Positions 28,453 to 37,235 of a DNA stretch of 64,000 bases are shown piece by piece. The number at the start of each line of letters is the position of its first letter. The stretch's first letter is position 1. The stretch is from a virus. The notes beneath the pieces were generated by a model. That model was not told the origin of the DNA, searched no databases, and saw nothing but the letters and a program-made list of their open reading frames with translations. The stretch covers positions 1 to 64,000 of the IMG/VR virus record IMGVR_UViG_3300031857_000047. One strand, 5' to 3'. The position numbers and the translations under genes were made by a program.

Positions 28453-28482
28453 AAAAGAAAAAAGTGGGTCATGCCCACTTTT
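28453..28482 (-). terminator. Rho-independent terminator
   Basis: gtggg-catga-cccac stem plus U tract; the loop holds the TGA of the 28469 frame. Confidence 0.7.
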
Positions 28483-28649
28483 CTCTATATGCTGCCATTG
28501 CTCTTTGTCTAGCTAGCCACAATCTAAATTTTACATAATCTGATAAATCATCGTCTTCAACAAGTTTACCAAATGTATGTGATCTTAGATTGCGTCCAAA
28601 TGTAATTTCATCATCAACGACAAAACTATCACTGTCTTCTAGATCTCGA

Positions 28650-28871
28650 TTACTTAGCGGCTGGCTTTGCGTCTGCTTTAGGTGCGTCTTTCTTAGCAGG
28701 CTCACTTTTGGCAGGCTTTTTCTCGTCCTTTTTGGCTTCTGCCTTAGCTGGTGCAGTAGCACTTGCTGCTGGTGCTGCTGGCTTAACTTCTTCTTTCTTA
28801 GCAGCAGGTGCCTGGGCAAATGCTGATACTGCAAACAATGATGCTACTACGATTGCGATTGCTGATTTCAT
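28650..28871 (-). CDS. Small secreted Ala/Lys/Pro-rich protein (Asr-like composition)
   Basis: Sec signal peptide ending AFA-Q, AAGGA Shine-Dalgarno, low-complexity mature part. Confidence 0.8.
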   Translation of the reverse strand: MKSAIAIVVASLFAVSAFAQAPAAKKEEVKPAAPAASATAPAKAEAKKDEKKPAKSEPAKKDAPKADAKPAAK

Positions 28872-28890
28872 TTTAAAGTTTCCTTTATGT

Positions 28891-28918
28891 TATACGCAAA
28901 GAATTGTCCCTGCGTATA
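28891..28918 (-). promoter_or_regulatory. 5' leader hairpin (12-bp stem, CAAU loop)
   Basis: uauacgcaggga/ucuuugcguaua pairing just upstream of the RBS. Confidence 0.55.
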
Positions 28919-28963
28919 TATATAACGCTGTAGCCTACAATTCCGTTGACAACTGATTTAGCC

Positions 28964-28987
28964 AAAAGAAAGGGCACCTAAGTGCCC
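28964..28987 (-). terminator. Rho-independent terminator
   Basis: gggcac-ttag-gtgccc followed by tttctttt. Confidence 0.8.
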
Positions 28988-29029
28988 AATCTAATAGAGT
29001 TAACTAGACTCTAACTGCTACGAACAATC

Positions 29030-30994
29030 TTAATAGCCTGCAAGTTCCCTAATACGAGCCAATTCTGCAATCTGTGGATCTTGTTGTTGTGGTGCCATTC
29101 TTTCTACCATTTTGCGAGCAATCATTTCTGCCTGTTCACCAAACTTCTTGCCTACCATAATAGAAACGCCTTCTGGACCTTTAGGGAATGTTCCTGATTC
29201 ACGATCATAAAAACTGTGAATAAATTCTGCAAGTTCTTGTACATTCATTGCCTTCTTTATACCTTGCTGTGCTAGATGTTTAGCCTTAGAATACTCTTGA
29301 CCATGCTTACCAGGTGTCACTGGCTTGCTTGGTGTTGGATCCGGATCAAATGGGGGATCATCATCTTTTTCACCGGGTTCATTATCAGCTTCGCCCATTC
29401 CTAATTCTTGTTTTCTACGTGCTAGGCCTGCTGAGCTTGTTGGAGATTTAGTTTTTTCATCTTCTAGATCCTTTAGAGTCATTGGATCTTCGCCTTTTTG
29501 TTTACGTAGATATGCTGGAACATCACTTTTGTTAGGACCGTCTGCTGCTTCTTGAGGTAATTCCTCGCCTTCTGGCGGTTGTTCACCGGCCGGCTCTTCT
29601 TCTTGGAAGTCGCCAAAGTCTAGGCCTTCAAGTGCCTCTGGCACATTAGATTCTAACCAATCTTTGACTAGTCCTCTAACATCTGCATCTGGATCCAATT
29701 TTGCTGCTTCTTTAATCTCTTTGAATAGTGTAGGATCTTCAATGATGCCTTTTAGACTTTCAATGGCATTACTACCGTCGACTCCAACGGAAAATGCTTG
29801 TCCTACTAGTTCTTGTAATTCTTGTTTTGCTGTCTGTTGTTCTTCTGGATCTTGACTAGCAATAGCAGAATCTTCGCCTAACCCCATAACCCAAGATTCA
29901 AAACGATCAAACTCTGAATGTTCTTCGAGTTCTAATTGTTCGTCGGTTCCTTGTGTTGCAGTTGTCATTGCGACTATGTCGTCATAGCCTATGTCGCTTT
30001 CTTTCATTAGTCTATACAAGACTGGGAACACATTTTTAATATCTTCTTTGAAGTTTCTAACTGTGAATTTTTCTGTAAACTCTTCTACAAATTCTTGTGG
30101 AACTTCTTCTTGTGGCTGTGCCTGGAATGATTCACGATATTGTTCGTAATGACTTTGCTTGCTCATTGCCTTGATTTGTTCACGCAATTTGTTTAATTGC
30201 TCTGCTGATCTTTCTACAACATTATTAGTTTCTGAATTCATTAAGTCATTACGCACAACATAATTGCCAAAGCTCTTTAGTTGAGCAATTTCTTCACTCA
30301 TGTTGATAATACTTTTGCCAAGATCGTCGTAAGGAACACCACCGTTGGCCACATGTCTCTGCATTGCACGAGCGCCTGCTAGGTGAATGAACGGATACTT
30401 AAAACGTTCACCGTCTTGATTTTCCACAAACAGTCCAGAAATGTTTCTGCTTCTAGCACCGGGTGCTGCATCATCCATAACTGCTTGACTGTGTTTGATA
30501 ATTAGACGTGTATCCATTAACTTTTGATAACTAACGGTCTTTGATCCGTATAGTGCGCTTTCACTCATAATGCTTTCTCCAACAGGTTTAACCACTGTGT
30601 TTGGTTGTTCTTTAGGTTGATTGTTTTGACTTAGAAATTCATAATCTCGTTGATCTAGATTATCTTTAGCAATATCTCTAGTGTCAAACGCCATTAGTCT
30701 ACGCTTGGCAAACTGTCTTAACTCTTTTAAAAATCCGTACCAATTTGTTTTTTGATTGCCGTCCATTGACTCTGTAATTCCTGTAGAGAAATATACCTTC
30801 AGTGAACTTTGTTCTGCTAGGCTAATACTAACATGTCCAATGGCTGTTTCACCTTCCATATAATCAAAATCAAAGAAGCGAGCATCCTCGGGATTGATAG
30901 TGATAGCGCCGCTACTATCGCCTAATTTTAGGCCTTTGAAGCGGCTTCTAATTTTATAGAATAAATCGGTGGCTATATTGTTTGTTGCGTCCAT
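29030..30994 (-). CDS. Large acidic late protein, probably head-associated
   Basis: Likely start MDATN, 5 nt after TAAATA (31000-31005); low-complexity acidic C-half ending LARIRELAGY. Confidence 0.65.
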   Translation of the reverse strand: MDATNNIATDLFYKIRSRFKGLKLGDSSGAITINPEDARFFDFDYMEGETAIGHVSISLAEQSSLKVYFSTGITESMDGNQKTNWYGFLKELRQFAKRRLMAFDTRDIAKDNLDQRDYEFLSQNNQPKEQPNTVVKPVGESIMSESALYGSKTVSYQKLMDTRLIIKHSQAVMDDAAPGARSRNISGLFVENQDGERFKYPFIHLAGARAMQRHVANGGVPYDDLGKSIINMSEEIAQLKSFGNYVVRNDLMNSETNNVVERSAEQLNKLREQIKAMSKQSHYEQYRESFQAQPQEEVPQEFVEEFTEKFTVRNFKEDIKNVFPVLYRLMKESDIGYDDIVAMTTATQGTDEQLELEEHSEFDRFESWVMGLGEDSAIASQDPEEQQTAKQELQELVGQAFSVGVDGSNAIESLKGIIEDPTLFKEIKEAAKLDPDADVRGLVKDWLESNVPEALEGLDFGDFQEEEPAGEQPPEGEELPQEAADGPNKSDVPAYLRKQKGEDPMTLKDLEDEKTKSPTSSAGLARRKQELGMGEADNEPGEKDDDPPFDPDPTPSKPVTPGKHGQEYSKAKHLAQQGIKKAMNVQELAEFIHSFYDRESGTFPKGPEGVSIMVGKKFGEQAEMIARKMVERMAPQQQDPQIAELARIRELAGY

Positions 30995-31005
30995 AGTTAT
31001 ATTTA

Positions 31006-32592
31006 TCAAAAACCACTAGACACAAATATCGGCATTGGCATTTGATCTTCGGTTATTTTTTCTGTCATTTTTTCGTAGATCTTGGGATCCCAGTCTGATA
31101 ATATGCCAGCCATTCTTATGATTAGTAGCATAGCACTTACTAGGTCGTCGTGTTCGCCTGTTTTTGCGCCAAATCCTACTCCGTGTGCTACGAACGTCTT
31201 TAATTCAGAAATTAAGGGTTTACTAGAAATTTTCATTTTTCCTGTTTCTAACATGTGTTTAACCTGGCTACAAGCAGTGATTTTTGACTTGTGAGTAGTA
31301 TTAAATCCTTTTCTGAATTTGCGTACATGACCCTTACGAATCGGCTCAGAAAGGAATAAACCTGGAAAATTCTCTTCACCTATGTTATTGATCACAATTA
31401 GAGCAGCTTCACCTAGAGTGTTATTTTCCACCGAATAGTATAGTTGAGGAGCACTGCCTTTTTCCATACCACGGTCTTGAATGTACTTGCATATTTCTCG
31501 TAGATGTTTAACCTGTGCTTGTATAGGAGTTAGATTATGTCGCCACTCTGCTACCTGTTCCATACTAGGCATTTCAAATACTTGAATAGCACCATAGTCT
31601 CCACCTGTGCCTAAGCTAGGATCTAACGACACTAGGTATGTTGCCCTAGGATCAATGTCTTTGTACCAGCGGGTTTGACCCATGGTCATTATAGGATCAA
31701 TACCTTTCATTTCTGCAAGACGTACTGCGTTGATTAGCGTTTCGTCAAAAATCAAGAACTCGCAATCAAACTCACGGCGGAAACGTTCTTCACCAATCTT
31801 ACTACGCTCAGTTTGTGCCCATTTGTCATCGCGGTCTGGATGCTCTGCCCAATGTGCAAAGAACGAAGCAAATCCGTTTTGACCTAATTTTTGTTCGTTG
31901 CCAAACTCATCAAACTTCTTATTAGCTTCTGTCCAAATAAGCGCAAACTGATCTTCATCACTGTTTGGGGTTGATGTAATAATACACTTACCACCTGTTG
32001 ATAATGTAGGTGATAGTGCAGTCCAGAACTCTTTGGCTTTTTCTGGTGGTTGCACAAACGCAAACTCGTCACAATAAATTAACGAAAGAGATTTACCACG
32101 ACCTGTATTTTCTGTAGTAGTTGTTGCCTGTATACGTGCGCCATTATCATATTCAATGGTGTTTCTATTATAACTGTGTACCCCAGCACGAATAAAGTCG
32201 GGCAAGTTTTCATAACCATATCGATAGCGGTTCATAATATCTTGCGCACCTTCATACTTGTGAGCAGCAATTAACACCTGTGCTTCTGGAATAAACATTG
32301 TATACCATAATAGATAACCAGTAGCACACGTGGTCTTGCCCATCTGTCTAGGCAACATGGCAATACACTGTTTATTATTGTGATAAGATTCAATTAGACG
32401 TTCTTGATATTCATAGGGCTCAAAGGGAATTGAACCTCGAACAGGATGTTGAATTTTTAAAAAGTTTTTACAAAAATACAATGGACCAGTTATAGGATCC
32501 ATGCAGGCTTCAAGATGCTTGACTTCCTCTAGGGTATACCTTTGAGGAGCATGAGCTTTCTTAATTAATACGCCATCTAATGATTTTGACAT
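31006..32592 (-). CDS. 17: Terminase large subunit (gp17-like)
   Basis: PRQMGKT, YCDEFAF, TSTP, LDPS.G.GGD, ENN, HDDLV. Confidence 0.95.
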   Translation of the reverse strand: MSKSLDGVLIKKAHAPQRYTLEEVKHLEACMDPITGPLYFCKNFLKIQHPVRGSIPFEPYEYQERLIESYHNNKQCIAMLPRQMGKTTCATGYLLWYTMFIPEAQVLIAAHKYEGAQDIMNRYRYGYENLPDFIRAGVHSYNRNTIEYDNGARIQATTTTENTGRGKSLSLIYCDEFAFVQPPEKAKEFWTALSPTLSTGGKCIITSTPNSDEDQFALIWTEANKKFDEFGNEQKLGQNGFASFFAHWAEHPDRDDKWAQTERSKIGEERFRREFDCEFLIFDETLINAVRLAEMKGIDPIMTMGQTRWYKDIDPRATYLVSLDPSLGTGGDYGAIQVFEMPSMEQVAEWRHNLTPIQAQVKHLREICKYIQDRGMEKGSAPQLYYSVENNTLGEAALIVINNIGEENFPGLFLSEPIRKGHVRKFRKGFNTTHKSKITACSQVKHMLETGKMKISSKPLISELKTFVAHGVGFGAKTGEHDDLVSAMLLIIRMAGILSDWDPKIYEKMTEKITEDQMPMPIFVSSGF

Positions 32593-32597
32593 AGTGT

Positions 32598-32603
32598 TAT
32601 TTA
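32598..32603 (-). promoter_or_regulatory. TAAATA late-type promoter 5 nt before terminase ATG
   Basis: Recurrent motif at a fixed distance from start codons. Confidence 0.65.
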
Positions 32604-32606
32604 CAT

Positions 32607-32634
32607 AAAAAAAGCACCCCGAAGGATGCTTTTT
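32607..32634. terminator. Bidirectional-type intrinsic terminator
   Basis: A tract-agca...tgct-T tract. Confidence 0.65.
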
Positions 32635-32652
32635 GGTATTGCTGTAAACTAA

Positions 32653-33570
32653 TTATTTTTTCAAACGGCCGTCTTTTTCAGCAGACTTCAACATGGCTGC
32701 ACGATCTGCATAGCTACCACGCTTGACATCTTTGGCAGCATCTTTTTCACCTTGTGTAGGATTCTTAACATGCTTTAAAGGGTCAAACTTAGCTTCTGCT
32801 AAACGAGCACGTAGTTCTTCTTTGATACTAGCACGTAGTTCTTCTTTGCTTTCGTAAGCGCCAGCAGCCATAGGATTGTCGCCACGATATGGTTTACCGC
32901 TAAAACTTTTCTTTGGCTTGTTTAAGTCGTCGCCGTCTGGAATAGCAGCATCCATGCCGCGATATTCTTGATCTGGTGCGTCAGTAGGAGCATTACCAAA
33001 TGCTTCTTCCTTGTCTTTCTTGCCATCTTTTTCGTCGTCTTTTTCCATGTCGTGATCGTCCATGTCATGATCGCCGTCGCCGTCACGATCGCCCATAGAC
33101 TTTTGAATAGAGTCAATGCCTTTATCGTCACGGTCTAGATCACCCATTGGAGGCATATTGTCTGCATCCATGTCACTAGGACCACCCATGTTATCTGCAT
33201 CAGGTTCACTGTGAGGTTCTTTTTTGTCTAAGTCAGGCAACATTTTTAATGGACCTGAATCTAGATTGCCTAGATCACCTATACCTGGCATTGGTGGTTT
33301 GATACTCATAATACTAGGTTCTGCACTAATTGGAGGCATCGCCATTGGTGCTGGTTGATTAATCATGTCTGGATTGACTTTGGTCATCAACTTCATTAAT
33401 TCAGCAATGTTGTCCATGCCCTGTGCATTGAGGTTCACGCTCATGCTTGGAGGCGGCTCATCTGGTTTAGAAGGAATAGTTGGAGCAGGCATTCCCATAG
33501 GATCTCCGCAAGCTTCTACTGCTGGTTGGTCAAGCTCGCGCATTCTTTGCATTAATTCATTGAAATTCAT
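32653..33570 (-). CDS. Low-complexity Asp/Pro/Met-rich protein, possible internal head/scaffold protein
   Basis: GGAG Shine-Dalgarno; DRDGDGD motif; composition. Confidence 0.6.
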   Translation of the reverse strand: MNFNELMQRMRELDQPAVEACGDPMGMPAPTIPSKPDEPPPSMSVNLNAQGMDNIAELMKLMTKVNPDMINQPAPMAMPPISAEPSIMSIKPPMPGIGDLGNLDSGPLKMLPDLDKKEPHSEPDADNMGGPSDMDADNMPPMGDLDRDDKGIDSIQKSMGDRDGDGDHDMDDHDMEKDDEKDGKKDKEEAFGNAPTDAPDQEYRGMDAAIPDGDDLNKPKKSFSGKPYRGDNPMAAGAYESKEELRASIKEELRARLAEAKFDPLKHVKNPTQGEKDAAKDVKRGSYADRAAMLKSAEKDGRLKK

Positions 33571-33571
33571 A

Positions 33572-34132
33572 TTAACTCCCTAAGGCGCTTTTTACGCCTG
33601 TCTTATCAGTTTTGGCCTTAGGCAGTTTATACTCTGACTGACCGTTGTCTTTCTTTTGTTGTTTAGCAACTTTGCTTAAATCTTTTAAGAAGCTCTTGTT
33701 AAAGTCATCTCCAAAGAAATCTTTGTGTTTGACATTAGCGGCTTCCTTATACTGACTGTCTGTTAATAACCCGTCAGCGTTTAAAATTTCTGTTTCACCT
33801 TGATCAGTTTCGGAAGATTCGTTGCTGCCTCTTACTCTAAAACAAGTTTCATCTAAGCCCATGCTCTTGATATCACTACTGATTTCAGGACCTGTAATTG
33901 GGTATTCGCAAGCAACTTCAAATACGTGAACTTCACAGTTCTTCATGGTTGGAAAATCCATGGGCACTGCCTGGATTGGTGTTGTACTGATTTTTTCCAT
34001 TTTCATAACTTTACATCTTTCTAGAGATGTTTTCAAGTTTGATTGGAAATCTTCGGGCAAATCACCAGCAACTTTAATCTTAAAGCTGTATGATTTTTTA
34101 CCCTCGGCAAGATATTCTTTGAAAGTTTTCAT
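33572..34132 (-). CDS. Probable capsid-packaged internal protein
   Basis: N-terminus MKTFKEYLAE matches the T4 capsid-targeting sequence; TAAATA 5 nt upstream. Confidence 0.6.
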   Translation of the reverse strand: MKTFKEYLAEGKKSYSFKIKVAGDLPEDFQSNLKTSLERCKVMKMEKISTTPIQAVPMDFPTMKNCEVHVFEVACEYPITGPEISSDIKSMGLDETCFRVRGSNESSETDQGETEILNADGLLTDSQYKEAANVKHKDFFGDDFNKSFLKDLSKVAKQQKKDNGQSEYKLPKAKTDKTGVKSALGS

Positions 34133-34140
34133 AGTAGTAT

Positions 34141-34623
34141 TTATGCTTTTCCGCTTAATTTTTTAATAAGATCGTTTCGATCAGTTATTACGTAGCCAAC
34201 ACCGTTAAGAACATCATTTGGATCTTCGTTATTGTCTTTATCTATCTTGTACTTTTTAAGCTGTAGATCTACAGCCTTTAGTTTTTTTTCAATCTTATTG
34301 GTTTTTGCAGTAATTGCATGTCCAAGCATTGAACTTGCAACTTCAAAAATTCGACTGCTATATCGTACTTCTACATTCATACCCAGATCCATTAGATCGT
34401 CATAGGCTTGTTCGGCTTTTGAAGCTAGATTTTCTAACTCGTTATCATCTAGATCGTCAAGCTCTTTGATCTGTGGCAGTCCGCGAGTAATTTCAGCTAC
34501 CGCTTTGTAGCTATCGTCTAGGCTGCGTACTTCAGTATGGTCAACTTTTACTTCTGGAACAACTTCTTCCTTTGCAGGTTTTGATTCTTCCAAATTAAAA
34601 AGCTCTTCTAATTTTTTAGTCAT
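34141..34623 (-). CDS. Terminase small subunit (gp16-like)
   Basis: KLEELF, RIFEVASSML, ITDRNDLI pattern; near gp17 and gp4. Confidence 0.6.
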   Translation of the reverse strand: MTKKLEELFNLEESKPAKEEVVPEVKVDHTEVRSLDDSYKAVAEITRGLPQIKELDDLDDNELENLASKAEQAYDDLMDLGMNVEVRYSSRIFEVASSMLGHAITAKTNKIEKKLKAVDLQLKKYKIDKDNNEDPNDVLNGVGYVITDRNDLIKKLSGKA

Positions 34624-34630
34624 ACTTTAC

Positions 34631-35071
34631 TTATTTCCGTTTGGAGCCTTGGTGAAAAATATCACCTTCGTTTACGATTCTAAATCGAATACCTTGTTGT
34701 TTGCACCATGCTTGTGCAGCTTCCCATTTTGCCATATTCTTAACATACTGTTGTTGATTGTATTGACTCTTTCCTACATTTTCCAACCGTGTTTGACTCA
34801 ATGGTTTTACTTCAATGACCTCTGCATGTTTTTTACCGTTCTTGTCTACGTATACAATAAAAAAATCAGGAACATATATTGTATATTTTCCTGTTAATGG
34901 ATCTCTGTATGGAATCTGTATGCTTTCACTAGCCCAGCTCTGTACACCCTGATGTTCGTCTAACATCTTCATGAAAATAAACTCCCAACTGCTACGAGCC
35001 AGTGGTTGTTTCTTTCCTACATATTTGTCGGCATTCTTAACTTCGAAACGCCCTTGTGCAAATTTAGCCAT
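34631..35071 (-). CDS. Head completion nuclease (T4 gp4/TnsA-like)
   Basis: RSSWE, WASE, YVPDF, IEVKP, AKWEAA. Confidence 0.88.
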   Translation of the reverse strand: MAKFAQGRFEVKNADKYVGKKQPLARSSWEFIFMKMLDEHQGVQSWASESIQIPYRDPLTGKYTIYVPDFFIVYVDKNGKKHAEVIEVKPLSQTRLENVGKSQYNQQQYVKNMAKWEAAQAWCKQQGIRFRIVNEGDIFHQGSKRK

Positions 35072-35436
35072 TATGCAAAAATATTTCTAGTTTGATTTAG
35101 TTTTTCAAATATATCAACTCGATAGCCTAATGTGCTGGTAGATGATCTGTTATTGTTAAGTATTTCAGCAACAACGGCACTAATTTGAACTCCGTTGAAT
35201 GTTTTTAATGTGTCAATGATTTTAAAAACAGGAGTACCGTCAACTTTTGCTTGTTTTAATAATACTTGAGCAGTTAGTGTTGCGGCATCGTCATCAAACC
35301 CTCTGCTTTGAAAAAAAGCAATTGCCGCAGTTACTTCATTGGCACTAAATTCTAAAGGCTGCTGACCATATTGATCAAAAAATAATTTTGTGCCGGCTGC
35401 ACTATCTTGTTTTACTGGTATTGGTAAACTAGGCAT
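35071..35436 (-). CDS. Hypothetical protein (possibly baseplate-associated)
   Basis: 121-aa ORF coupled on both sides. Confidence 0.6.
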   Translation of the reverse strand: MPSLPIPVKQDSAAGTKLFFDQYGQQPLEFSANEVTAAIAFFQSRGFDDDAATLTAQVLLKQAKVDGTPVFKIIDTLKTFNGVQISAVVAEILNNNRSSTSTLGYRVDIFEKLNQTRNIFA

Positions 35437-36539
35437 TATAAAAATTCTCCAAGGTCTTGGACGGGAGGTACTATTGATCGTTGTGTGGCTGGAGTATTGT
35501 CGATATTTCCAGAATTTTTAGGCAATACTAATCCTACTATTCCGCCAACACTACCTATAATTCCACTAATCGCTGCCGGACTACTTAAAACATTAATAGC
35601 TTCGTTCCGTAAACTTGCACCAGATAGTTTTCCAATATTCTTTGCGGTGTTCACTGCTTTTATGGCTGTCCCTAAAAATCCACCCACACTGCCAAATGCT
35701 GATCCGCCTGCAACGTCCCCGAATATACCTTCTAAACCATCTAGTACTCCGCCTTCACCTAATAGATTTCCTACGCCGCCACCTGCTACAGTCAACGGGC
35801 TAGGTACATTATCATAATAAAGATTGGCAAAGCCTTTGGGTGTGTCACGTGAAACATTTCCAGAACCGTAAACAACCGATTCGTATTCTATATTCATTGA
35901 CATCTCATTAAACTCATTTGCCGAATAACCAGCATCACCGTGCTGCCAACTTGTTATTTTTGGATTGATTAGTTTATAACTTAAAAAACGTCTTCGACTC
36001 ATAGTAAATATGGTAATAGAGTCAAAGAAGTCTACTGTTTTTCCTTGTCTGTCTAGGCTGTATCTAAAACCTTCAAATGCTGTTCCTGATGCCTGTAGGT
36101 TAGTTTTTGAAAATGCAGCTTCTGGATTATGTCGATCCTGTACATATGATCCCATATACAATGCCCATAACGCATTTATAACGCCAGCGGTATCGTCATG
36201 AAATTTCATGCTGATGCCTTCATAACTGAAGTTTTTATAAATTATGTGTTTTCTATTGTATTGATTTTTAGTGACTGTTTCAAATTTATACTTGGGTAGA
36301 TCTGTACTTTTTATCAAATAGCCAATTTCATCAGCATGAGTGTTTGTAAATGTTGCAGATGTTAACACGCTCTTGTTAATTTCAAATTTCACATAGAACA
36401 TGAACTTGCTACGAGGCATCATCCTGTAGCCGTTTTCTACAAACAATCTGCTAGCATGGCGCCAGCTGGCTAGGCCACCTTTAGGTGTTAGTAGGCCGTC
36501 TCCGACACCACCAAGAAATCTTGTGAATACATTTGACAT
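35436..36539 (-). CDS. Tail-tube-fold protein (gp19/gp54-like)
   Basis: DLPK...NQYNRK...SMKFHDD...LINPKITS...MNIEYE; adjacent to the tube gene. Confidence 0.65.
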   Translation of the reverse strand: MSNVFTRFLGGVGDGLLTPKGGLASWRHASRLFVENGYRMMPRSKFMFYVKFEINKSVLTSATFTNTHADEIGYLIKSTDLPKYKFETVTKNQYNRKHIIYKNFSYEGISMKFHDDTAGVINALWALYMGSYVQDRHNPEAAFSKTNLQASGTAFEGFRYSLDRQGKTVDFFDSITIFTMSRRRFLSYKLINPKITSWQHGDAGYSANEFNEMSMNIEYESVVYGSGNVSRDTPKGFANLYYDNVPSPLTVAGGGVGNLLGEGGVLDGLEGIFGDVAGGSAFGSVGGFLGTAIKAVNTAKNIGKLSGASLRNEAINVLSSPAAISGIIGSVGGIVGLVLPKNSGNIDNTPATQRSIVPPVQDLGEFL

Positions 36540-36555
36540 ACAATTATTTAGTCGT

Positions 36556-36586
36556 AAAAAAACCTGGAGTTTAATCCAGGTTTTTT
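36556..36586. terminator. Bidirectional intrinsic terminator after the tail tube gene
   Basis: aaaaaaacctgga-gtttaa-tccaggtttttt. Confidence 0.8.
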
Positions 36587-36600
36587 AATAGTTAAAACTA

Positions 36601-37233
36601 TTAACCGCGACCAGTTACTGATTCGCCAATAGTTCTTCCAACCAGTGCTCCGATACCACGCTCTGGGCCTGTACCGTTTGCACCTGCAAACTGAACAGCA
36701 TTATCACACTTGATGGTTAGTGCTATAGACATTGGTTCGTTTGTTCCGTAGTTAGCTTCACCGTAGTTTACTTCAGAAACAAAACAACCATAAATTTCCC
36801 ATTTTTCAAGGATGTTTGGTTCCAATGTTCCGTTGCCACCATCTAACATTTCGATGTTCATTTGGAATTTATAATCAATACCAGAACGTGCAGAAGCCTG
36901 TTCCATGAAATCGTATTGTTTCTGGATCTGTTGTCCAACAATCTTTTGCACCTGTCCGTTAGCATCATCACGAAGATTCAATGTAAAATCGCCCCACGAT
37001 GGTTTACCAGCAAGTTTGACCTTTGAGTTGTAGATCTCAATTGTCATTTCTTCAAAAGTTACTGTTGGTCTAGTAACGTCAGAAACTTGTTTTGTTAATT
37101 CTGTACTAGCTTCAACACCAAAACCTAGCAATAGCACCCTAAAGCGATATTTTAGTTTTGGCATCAGCAGCGCAGTGCCGCTGTTGCCGTTTGAAGTAGG
37201 AACCGAAATTCTATTTAAGGAAGTTAGTGCCAT
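36601..37233 (-). CDS. 19: Tail tube protein (gp19-like)
   Basis: PKLKYRFRV, KLAGKPSW..TLNLRDD, W.IYGCF; directly downstream of sheath. Confidence 0.85.
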   Translation of the reverse strand: MALTSLNRISVPTSNGNSGTALLMPKLKYRFRVLLLGFGVEASTELTKQVSDVTRPTVTFEEMTIEIYNSKVKLAGKPSWGDFTLNLRDDANGQVQKIVGQQIQKQYDFMEQASARSGIDYKFQMNIEMLDGGNGTLEPNILEKWEIYGCFVSEVNYGEANYGTNEPMSIALTIKCDNAVQFAGANGTGPERGIGALVGRTIGESVTGRG

Positions 37234-37235
37234 TT

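Noticed and set aside
28717-28726. G_AAA_AAG as a -1 slippery site in the secreted peptide gene
   Set aside because: A -1 shift does not lead into the downstream protein-like frame, which is +1
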